From assembly GCF_026210795.1 (NCBI RefSeq), contig NC_089433.1, positions 2,046,001-2,110,000 of the forward strand: DNA of 64,000 bases. Direction: 5' to 3'. The notes beneath the pieces are model-generated. The model was not told the origin of the DNA and ran no database searches. It was given only the letters and a program-made list of their open reading frames with translations. The stretch is from Rhizophagus irregularis (taxonomy: Eukaryota). Of this stretch, positions 53,802 to 64,000 are shown piece by piece (the first letter of the stretch is position 1; each line of letters starts with the position of its first letter). Both the position numbers and the translations under genes were made by a program.

Positions 53802-54166
53802 ATATTAATTACTATTAAAAATATAGTTTATATCACGTAGTAAATTTTTCTAGACCTATAATGGCAGTTATTTAATATTGTGTGGATTTCAAAAAATCAA
53901 ATTTTATATATAAATAATTTTTGAAATTAAAATTGGTTTGGTTGGGTTATAAAAGGGTCCATCTAGGAGCCCTTGACGGGGTCTTAACATATAACTTAGC
54001 TTATTATTTTATATTCCTATTGTCCGTCTGTCGATCATTTTTGTCGATTTTATAATAATGTAAATGTGACGAAAAAATAGTTAATTTAACTTTGAATTAC
54101 AATATTAATTACAATATTAATGTATGGTTATTGGCTAATTTTGAAATGTTTCACAATATATATACA

Positions 54167-55670
54167 CAGTTGGCTCGCGTTATAACGAATTTGCTGATCT
54201 GACCTTCGTTATGGAAAAATTCGGTAACACTATAACTGACAGAGTATACATATAAACTGTACTGTACGGTTAGCTTAACTGTACTGTACGAAGTGAGAAC
54301 TCACCAATCAGATTTTACTGTACGATAAATAAAAAAAATTTAAAAAATTTGAAAAGTATACAATGAGTTATGATTGGCTAAAATATTTTCGTACAGTACA
54401 GTTTAGCTGACCGTACAGTACAGTTTATCTATTTACCTTAACTGACATCCATATAGCAAAATTCGGAATATTATATAACGAATTTTTATTAAAAATTCGT
54501 TAAATATTTTAAAGTAAATTTATGTAAATAAATGTAAATTATAATATATTTATATTATTTATTATTAAATGTAATACAATTATTATATTATATATTGTAA
54601 ACATTAATGAAATTAATAAAATCATTAAGATTCGTTTGTCTCGCAGAAATAAAACATTGTTTTAATGCCTCCTTCTTAAGTTTTTTAATGCATCTTATTT
54701 CTTCTTTTTTCATATCAAATTTATCCTCTTGTTGCTTTAAATACAAAATCACCTTATCATAATGTTCAATGGTCGCTATGAGTAATGGATGGTAAAGAAT
54801 CAGAATTTAGTTCTTCTACCTCTTGTTCATGATTATTGGGAAGAACTACTTTCAAAATTTCTTCATTGGATATCATTTCTGTTGTAAGTTCAGATTCATC
54901 ACATTGAAGGATTTTCAAGATTAAGTTTATCAATTAAATCTTGAACTTCTTTCAGCTCATTCGTATGTGTTAGAAGAACTTGTATTTCAGCACAGAAATC
55001 CATATTGATTTCACTTTCATTATCTTTAAATAAAATATCTGCTTTTAACCAGCAATTTTTAATAGTAGATTGAGTAACATTATCATGCATATGTGACATA
55101 TTGATGCACTTTTTGATATTAATTTCAACAGGGTTAATGCCAAATTCATTATAATTATCAAAGGCTTTAACATGATTTCGCAATAATAATTTTTGGTATT
55201 GTGCCTGAAATAAAATTAAATTTTTTATAGTTAATAAAAGGATTTGAAATTACTAAGATGTAAGGTGTAGATTTGAAGTTAAAGTATGAATTCAACTACC
55301 TTGAAAATGGCTAAAGGTGTGAAGTAGTATTTGGAGGAAGGAATTCAATTTTAATATTAGTTAATTTTGTATTTTCATTGAGAGAATGAGTTGGTGCATT
55401 ATCAACAAAAAGAATGATATCTCAGTTCTGTATTCTCATTTGAGCATCAAGCCTTTTAAGATATGCATTCCAGATCAATACTTGCATTCAACTTTTTGAA
55501 TTCTAATAATAATTTACTAGAAGAGTAGTTTTGTTAATATTTTTTAGAGCCCAGGGATTTTCATATTTGTGTATGAATAAGGGGCACAACTTTCCAGTCC
55601 CAGTTGCATTACAAGTAAATAAGACTGTTATATGATTCTTAGATTATTTTGTTCCAGCCACAGGACCATT
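54167..55670 (-). mobile_element. pogo/Tigger (DDE_1) transposon remnant
   Basis: Minus-strand fragments ITVLFTCNATGTGKL.PLFI, IILFVDNAPTH, IKIEFLPPNTTSHL and STIKNCWLKA with stops; TIR-like CAGTTGGCTCGCGTTATAACGAA at 54167. Confidence 0.85.
54242..54438. mobile_element. MULE-type MITE nested in the pogo end
   Basis: About 50-bp TIRs (ATAAACTGTACTGTACGG..) and a 9-bp TSD TAACTGACA on both sides. Confidence 0.85.
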
Positions 55671-56118
55671 AAATTTGATTTTTAAATTTACTACAATCAT
55701 ATAAAATAAAGTAGAGTAATAGTTTAGTTAGTAATTTTTTTATTTGTTTTATATAAGTAAAATAAAAATTAAGCAAATTAATAAAATATATAGTAATTTT
55801 ATTATTATATCAATTATTAAGAATAACTGCAAATAAATTAATGGTATACTTGAATATTTGTACTGACCATTTGAGATCATTTAATTCAGTCTTTATTATA
55901 TTAAACATTCATAAAAATTTTAGATCACTGGTAAAAAAATGGTCTATCCTACACATATCCTACACATATCTTACATATATCGGATACTCAAAATGTAGAA
56001 AATCATACACAAATAATACACATATCATACACATATCGGGTACTTATATATATGGTATACCTATCAGGTACCTGATATATGTATGATATATATATTAGTA
56101 CCCGATATGTGTATAATA

Positions 56119-59100
56119 CACTAGTCGAACGATGTCAAATCGGGGACCAATCAGGTGACCGAATTCCACCCGATTGGTTCCTATTTTTTAAAAAATTTTC
56201 ATCAATCAGTAAACCTGATTGCTGCCAAAAGATGGCGCAAAAGGAGGATACTCAGGTACCAATCGGGATATTCAATAGAGTATAATCGGGTATTAATAGT
56301 TACCAATAGGATATTTACTGGATATTTACTATTTGACATATCAGTATACCGATTGATAACTTTTTAATAAATTTATAACAATAAGAAATCTGCCGATTGC
56401 ATACATTTTTATTTAAATTTATTTGATATTTTACAATAATTACATTTAATAATTTAAATTTATTAATTATTAAAAATACAAAATCAGAAATACTACTAAT
56501 ACTGAAATTTTATCTGGAATCCAGTATCCAGGTTGGAGCAAATTCCCTACAAAAGAAATAAAAAAACATTAAAGAAAGTTTTTTAAAAAAAGTTTCAAAA
56601 GTTAAAACTTACTTATGAAATTCTGGTATATACATCTATCAGAGCCGATTCCCTATAATAGAATAATAAAAAAATGTTTATTACCGTTTTTTTAATAGTT
56701 TCAAAAAAAAATTTCTGAAACTTATTACTTATGGGATTCTATGGGATTCGTTATACCGATTCCCTATAATAGAACATTTAAAAAAAAACGTTAAAAACGT
56801 TTTTTTAATAGTTTCGAAAAAATATTTTTCGAAACTTACCTATGGAATTCGTTATACCGATTCCCTATAAAAGAATTAAAAAAAAACGTTAACGTTTTTT
56901 TAATAGTTTCGAAAAAATATTTTTCGAAACTTACCTATGGGATTCGTTATACCGACTCCCTATAAAAGAATTAAAAAAAAAAATTAACGTTTTTTTAATA
57001 GTTTCGAAAAAATATTTTTCGAAACTTACCTATGGGATTCGTTATACCGATTCCCTATAATAGAATTAAAAAAAAACGTTAGTTAACGTTTTTTTAAAAG
57101 TTTCAAAAAATATTTTCGAAACTTATCTATGGGATTCGTTATACCAATTCCCTATAATTGTATATTAAAAAAAAGAGTTTCGAAAAATTTTTCGAAACTC
57201 ACCTATGGGATTCGTTGTAACCGATTCCCTATAATAGTGTATTAGAAAAAAAACGTTAAAAACGTTTTTTAATAGTTTTGAAAAATTATTTTTCGAAACT
57301 TACCTATGGGATTCGTCCCTATAATTAAATATTAAAAAAAAACGTTTTAAAAAGACGTTAAAACGTTTTTTAATAGTTTCGAAAAATTATTTTTCGAAAC
57401 TAACCTATGGGATTCGTTGTAACCGATTCCCTATATTTGAATAATAAAAAAAAATGTTAAAAACATTTTTTTAATAGTTTCGAAAAATTATTTTTCGAAA
57501 CTAATCTATGGGATTCGTTATAACCGATTCCCTATAATTGTATATTAAAAAAAAGAGTTTCGAAAATTTTTTTCAAAACTCACCTATGGGATTCGTTGTA
57601 ACCGATTCCCTATAATAGTGTATTAGAAAAAAAATGTTAAAAACGTTTTTTAATAGTTTCGAAAAATTATTTTTCGAAACTTACCTATGGGATTCGTCCC
57701 TATAATTGAATATTAAAAAAAAACGTTTTAAAAAAACGTTAAAACGTTTTTTAATAGTTTCGAAAAATTATTTTTCGAAACTAACCTATGGGATTCGTTG
57801 TAACCGATTCCCTATATTTGAATAATAAAAAAAAAACGTTAAAAACATTTTTTAATAGTTTTGAAAAATTATTTTTCGAAACTTACCTATGGGATTCGTC
57901 CCTATAATTGAATATTAAAAAAAAACGTTTTAAAAAAACGTTAAAACGTTTTTTAATAGTTTCAAAAAATTATTTTTCGAAACTAACCTATGGGATTCGT
58001 TGTAACCGATTCCCTATATTTGAATAATAAAAAAAAAACGTTAAAAACGTTTTTTTAATAGTTTCGAAAAATTATTTTTCGAAACTAATCTATGGGATTC
58101 GTTATAACCGATTCCCTATAATTGTATATTAAAAAAAAAGAGTTTTGAAAAATTTTTTCGAAACTCACCTATGGGATTCGTTATAACCTATTCCCTATAA
58201 TTAAATATTAAAAAAAAGTGAGTTTCGAAAAAGAATTTTTCGAAACTCACCTATGGGATTCGTTATAACCGATTCCCTACAATTGAATAATAAAAAAAAA
58301 TGAGTTTTGAAAAATTATTTTTCAAAACTCACCTATGGGATTCGTTATAACCGATTCCCTATAATTGTATATTAAAAAAAAAGAGTTTCAAAAAATTTTT
58401 TCGAAACTCACCTATGGGATTCGTTATAACCGATTCCCTACAATTGAATAATAAAAAAAATGAGTTTCGAAAAATTATTTTTCAAAACTCACCTATGGGA
58501 TTCGTTATAACCGATTCCCTATAATTGTATATTAAAAAAAAAGAGGTTCGAAAAATTTTTTCGAAACTCACCTATGGGATTCGTTATAACCGATTCCCTA
58601 TAATTAAATATTAAAAAAAAAGTGAATTTTGAAAAATTATTTTTCGAAACTCACCTATGGGATTCGTTATAACCGATTCCCTACAATTGAATATTAAAAA
58701 AAAAAGTGAGTTTCAAAAAATTATTTTTCGAAACTCACCTATGGGATTCGTTATAACCGATTCCCTACAATAAAATGTTTAAAAAAAATGTTAAAAATCG
58801 TTTATTAATATCTTCAAATAAATGGTTTTTTCAGTTTAATAAAGTTTCGAAAGTAAAATGTTTGAAACTTTTGTGGGATTCCGGTATCCAAATCGGAACC
58901 AATTTCCTAAAAAAAAATTTTTTTAAAAGTTTCAAAAGTAAATGTTTGAAAAAAAATGTTAAAGATAGTATGAAATAGTTTAAACTTTTTTTTTAAGTTT
59001 CAAAAGTAAATGTTCGAAAAAAAATGTTAGTGTAAATTTCAATAGTATAAAATAGTTTAATTTTAGTTAAAGAAAAATAGTTTATCAATAGTCTAATTGA

Positions 59101-59277
59101 AACAATAGAAATCAATCGGTAAATTTAAACTGAACGATAGTTATCAATCGGGTATTAACCTGATTGATACCCGATTGAAGTGTACACCAATTTCTAACTA
59201 TTGAATAAATCAGGTGACCGATCAAAAAAAAAGTTACCAATCGGGTAGGTACCCGATTGGTCAGCGTTTTACCTGTG
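56119..59277. mobile_element. Nested CACTA-type element carrying a tandem array
   Basis: Ends CACTAGTCGAACGATG ... CAGCGTTTTACCTGTG; TSD ATA/ATA; subterminal CCCGATTG/CAATCGGG motifs. Confidence 0.7.
56720..58770 (-). repeat. ~80-110 bp tandem array with micro-exon/intron architecture
   Basis: About 23 units. Minus strand reads ..TATAG|GGAATCGG(T)TATAACGAATCCCATAG|GT(A/G)AGT.., separated by T-rich intron-like linkers. Confidence 0.85.
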
Positions 59278-60479
59278 ATATGTGTATTATTTGTGTATGA
59301 TTTTCTACATTTTGAGTACCCAATATGTGTAATAAGATATGTGTAGGATAAATCATTTTTTTACCAGTGGATATATTATTCTTTTTATTGATATTTTGAT
59401 TTTTACTGAAATAATCATTACACATATAATAATTATAATAAAATTGTTTACATAAATCTCATCATATATATTATTTAATTTTGAAATTTCTTTTACAGAA
59501 TTTAGTTAAAATTGAAAATTTTTATATAATTTGTGTAGAAGTAATTTAATAACCCTTAAACTGTTTTGCAGCCAAATTTGCCTGCAATTTTAGTTTTAAT
59601 TAAAGATATTTTAAATACCTTGAAATGTTTTATTACATAAACCAATATTTTTGTAATAAATTCTATAGTATTTTCTAAGTAAAAATCAAGAAAAAAGTTC
59701 AATTTGATTAATGATTTTTTAAAAGTAAATGATTAACAACTTATAGCTAAATTTTTAAATTGAAATATCTTTTTATCTATTAACCTAGAAATATAAAATT
59801 ACCATCATTTGATGCATCTTAATGAGAAAAATCTGATAGAAATAAAATTGTTCTTCTACAAATATTATGTAATAAAATAACTTATAAAATCTAAAAATTT
59901 ATAAATTAATATAACTTTTTATTTATCAATTTTAGAGTTATGATTTTATTACCATTAAATATACCTTAATAAAAGAAATCTAATAAATATAATTTCATCT
60001 TTCTATGATCATTAGATCTTAAGATATTTTAAAAATTCAAAAATTTTTAAAATTAATTTTAGCTATTAAAAGATATTGTAAAATTTTATAAATATAGTTT
60101 ATTTCATATTTATAACAAATAATATTTTATAGTAAAATATAATGATAAAAAAAATTACTAGTTACAGATATTTTTAAAAATGTAAAAAAGTAAAAAAATA
60201 ATTTGATAATAGAACTTATATGAAATAGTTTAAAATCCATATACTTTCTTTTTTTTAATAGCATTATATATTTTATTTACTTCTTTTTATATTTCATAAT
60301 TAAAAAGATACTATATATATTTGAAAATTTTATTATATGGCTTTATTTTTAAATAATAAATTATATATTAGAAAAAATAAAGCGAAATTTAGTAAAATGT
60401 ATATGATGAGTAAGAAAGAATCATATATTTAAAATGAATTAAAAGTTTTTGAGATAATTATAGTTAATAATAAGTTAAA

Positions 60480-61290
60480 CTTTTTAACTTAGCTAACAAG
60501 TTATTAATCAAAATAGGAAGCAATTACTGACTTTGTGAAGTTATTTTCTTTATTATTCATAACAGAATGCAGTTTTTCTAAATTGCATAGCTGGCGATAC
60601 CATACAGGTGAAATCTAAATTTTTCTTAACTAAAAATCACAAGTTTATTTTACTTTTATTCTTGTTTTAGTTGCAGCAATTTGTAAGTACAGAATATTGA
60701 ATGCTTTATCAACAGAAACTTACGAAATGCTCCATAAATATTATATAAATAATCCTTACCATCTATCAAACAGAAAGAATGTAATACGTCAATTAGTAAA
60801 TGCTGTTAGTTAAAAAATTTTAATGAGTAATTGAATTGTTTTTTTTCAAATATAATAAATAAAAACTCAAATTTCTGATACTTTTCACAGGTAAAACGCA
60901 AGGAATTGATACCTTTCACTAGAAAAATCATCATAAAGCTGAAGGGTTTGGAAAAATTCTTTAGGAATTAACCTTAGACATTATTAACCAAAAAATAAAA
61001 TTGTTAAAAATATAATGTGAAAATCCATCTCACTTAAATTTCATTGAAAATTTATCTCAAATAATTTCAACACTAGATACCTTTTTGAATACTTCTTCAT
61101 AAGATTTTGAGAGTGAAGAATTTTATATTAAAGTTTATGATGTGATCCATCTGGATAATGATCAAATTTTAAGAACAACTGGAGAATTTCATGGTAAGGA
61201 ATGGTTTAGTAATATTGCAGTAATTCCTGTAGAAGACCAAAAGGCAAAAGCAATACAATTCAGATGAAAGAACTTGGTATGGGAAAGTAA
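60480..61290 (+). pseudogene. Plavaka/CACTA-like transposase C-terminal remnant
   Basis: KLHSWRYHT, STETYEMLHKYYINNPYHLSNRKN and GEFHGKEWFSNIAV..WYGK fragments with introns and stops. Confidence 0.55.
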
Positions 61291-61538
61291 GTGAATAATT
61301 AATTGCTGATTCTCATGTGATGGGTAGAAATTTTATGTAACTATTGCGGGGCTATGATTTATAATTAAAAATGAATATGTTCTGAATCTCACGTTCTCCA
61401 TTTTCAAAAATGTCAAAAGGACATTTTACTCCTGAAAAACTTGTTACTATTGGTAACCTGATGACAGAACTTCATTATGGCCCTTTTTCACAAGATTAGT
61501 GGTATTATTCTGACTCCCAAATTCAAGATTCTAATACC

Positions 61539-64000
61539 CACAGGTCGAAAGCTGCCAAATCGGGAACCATCTAGGCTATCCTAAAAGGACCTAGATGGTC
61601 CCCAATTTTTTTTTATTTATTTTTGCAGGGTACCCGATTGGTAACTATAAAATGGCCCCAATCGTGCAGGGTAAGGTTATCAATAGGGTACCTATTCGTT
61701 CGCAACTGGATATCAATAGGATTGACCTTATTGTTATCCAGTTTTTTTTTATTTACTTGTTAGATTAACCTATTGTTATCCATTTTTCTTATTTAGAAGC
61801 TTACCGATTGATGTCATTTTGGTTAATTGTATCAATATATACACATAATTTATTAAAAAGTAATCAATAGGCTATGTCCGATTGTAAAATATAGAATCAA
61901 TACATGCTTTCGATTGATTCCAAATTGCTACTTAATTTATCAATTTATTATATCAGATTTATATTACACACAATTAATTAATTTCAATTTATTATATATT
62001 TAGATGTAAAATTAGCAGAATGTAATATTAATACTACTAGTCTAAAATATTCTATATGACTAATATATTATGATAGTTAATTAAATTTTATATAAGAATT
62101 TTAATAAGAATTTTATTTGACATTATGGATCCCTTCAACCGATTTTAGTTTCTTTCTTGAATGGTGTCCAATATCATCATCATCATCATTTTCTCTATAT
62201 TTCTTTAACTCCCCGGTTATAATCGATAACATCGATCCTTTGTATCCAGATCTCGTCCATCGAGATGCGTTTAATGGAGCAGTTTCCTCTCCCGGAGCAT
62301 ACTGAGAATTATCGAAAACTCGTTTTCGTCTTCTTTTATCAACTGTTTGCTGATAAAATAATACGTCCAAATAGTCTCTTAAAAACATTCACAACTAAAA
62401 AATACAATCGGATTACTAAAGTAGCTAATATAATGTACAATTTGCGAAAATTATTTACTTACGCAATCGCTTCTCCACTTGATATCTCGTATTACAATAC
62501 GATTTTCATTTGAATCATTGTCCGAATTAACTTCAGACTCCTCCGGACTATGATACGCATTTTCTAACATGATTGGATTGAGTTCCGATTTCTTTAACTT
62601 TGAGACAATTGGATTGTCTAATAGTTGTAAATGTCTGACCATGTTCGTTCGTCTTATTCGTTTCTATTCTCTCAATTTTAATGGCTAATTAGCTAATGTT
62701 TCATAAATAAACTCAATTAATATAATATTACCTCGCTTCAGCGTAAATTGCCATGTTTTCTTTTGGTTTCTTCAGTTCGCTCAGATTCAGATTTCTCTTT
62801 TTTTAATAAATCTTCTCTCTGATGGTGGTGGCGCTGATGAATCATTTCGTATAGCACGCCTTCGCTAACCAGATACGCGTTGGTATCTAACACTTTGAAT
62901 AGAGCGGGAATGATTATTTTCGTTACCAGATCCTTCTGCGACTCGAAAGTTTTATTGATGTCGAGTTGACTGCCTGTAGGCATTCGTTTGATATTCCATT
63001 TTACTTCTCGCTAAATATTTATTTGTGTTAGTTTCATGCATTTAAATAAATTCGAAATTAAATAATTACTTACACGCAAGTTATCTTTCGTATCTTTTGG
63101 TAATTCTGTTAAACTGTGATAAGTTACTTTCCTGGGAGCAGCTGGACTAGAATCAGTTTCCAATCCGCTAGTTCTCTCTGAACTTGAATTTGACCGAGAA
63201 TCTGATCGAGAAGTTGATTGTTTTCGTTTTCTTTGCTTCTGGACTTCTTAGATTTGGATTTCTTTTTGCTATTCTTGCTATTTTTTTTTGGTTGGTGGCT
63301 TTCATCATCGGAAGAAACGACCTCAGTAGATTTGTTAGAAGCTTTAATGGAAGATGATTTCTTAGACTTCTCGGGCATCTTGGATTTCTTTTTACTTGGT
63401 TGATGATTTTTTTTACCGCTTTCATCATCAGAAGAAACAAATCCGGTGGGTTTTTTCCTAAAATCTTTAATAAATAATGATGATGATGTATCCTGGAGTT
63501 TGGCGCTCGATTCTGGTACCTTTGATGTTTGCTCTTTACCGCTCTCATCATCAGAAGAAACAAATCCGGTGGGTTTTTTCCTAAAATCTTTAATAAATAA
63601 TGATGATGATGTATCCTGGAGTTTAGCACTCGATTCTGGTACCTTTGATGTTTGCTCTTTACCGCTCTCATCATCAGAAGAAACAAATCCGGTGGGTTTG
63701 TTGGAAGCTTTAACAAATAATGATGATGTATCCTGGAGTTTAGTATTTAATTTGATATCTTTGATGTTTGCTCTTTTTTACCGCTCTCATTACTATCAGA
63801 AGAAACAATTTCAGTGGGTTTGTTTGAAGCTATAATGGATGATAATGATGTATCCTGGAGTTTGGCGCTCGATTCTGATATCTTTGATGTTTGCTCTTTA
63901 CCGCTCTCATTACTATCAGAAGAAACAATTTCGGTAGGTATGTTGGAAGCTTTAATGGATGATGACGATGTATCCTGGAGTGTGGCACTCAATTCTGACA
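61539..64000 (-). mobile_element. CACTA-like element with a degraded, intron-containing accessory gene; runs off the window
   Basis: Terminus CACAGGTCGAAAGCTGCC is related to the 56119/59277 ends. Minus-strand exons 62113-63378 contain AYHSPEESE..IKWRS..LRDYLD..AP.NASRW, a pattern typical of CACTA accessory ORFs. Confidence 0.6.
63290..63995 (-). repeat. 120-123 bp coding-type tandem repeat (Ser-rich: VSSDDESGKEQTSK..SAKLQDTSSS)
   Basis: CCGCTCTCAT..ATCAGAAGAAACAA recurs at ~63417, 63539, 63662, 63781 and 63901. Confidence 0.9.

Larger units (their letters stand above)
55926..59369. mobile_element. CACTA-type non-autonomous element (outer)
   Basis: TIRs CACTGGTAAAAAAATG ... CATTTTTTTACCAGTG with long subterminal inverted similarity; 3-bp TSD GAT/GAT. 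Confidence 0.85.

Noticed and set aside
56720..58770. CRISPR-like array (palindromic ~26-nt repeat with longer linkers)
   Set aside because: The linkers are homologous to each other, there are no cas genes, the context is eukaryotic, and the array lies inside a TIR element.

Overview
This is very AT-rich eukaryotic DNA with short GT-AG introns. The gene and transposon families point to an arbuscular-mycorrhizal (Glomeromycotina-like) fungus; this is inference and the species cannot be determined. Both ends of the window are transposon graveyards (P-like, MULE, pogo, CACTA/Plavaka-like, MITEs). The core (~14-54 kb) is unusually rich in signalling and regulatory genes. It holds a small two-repeat Myb gene (14.2-15.0 kb), an HMG-box relic and an intact MATA_HMG-type transcription factor (25.1-25.8 kb), and a solitary 5S rRNA gene. 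It also holds a secreted 513-aa Kex2-type repeat precursor with 12 copies of SPLRFVS(K/T)E between basic sites (28.7-30.3 kb, minus), two orphan membrane proteins and a second Myb gene. Last comes a tandemly duplicated Myb + divergent 7TM-receptor-pair block in which only one 375-aa GPCR-like gene (52.4-53.8 kb) is intact. The best candidate for an undescribed system is a pheromone-like peptide precursor co-located with an HMG regulator and a candidate receptor. The functional link between them is unproven.
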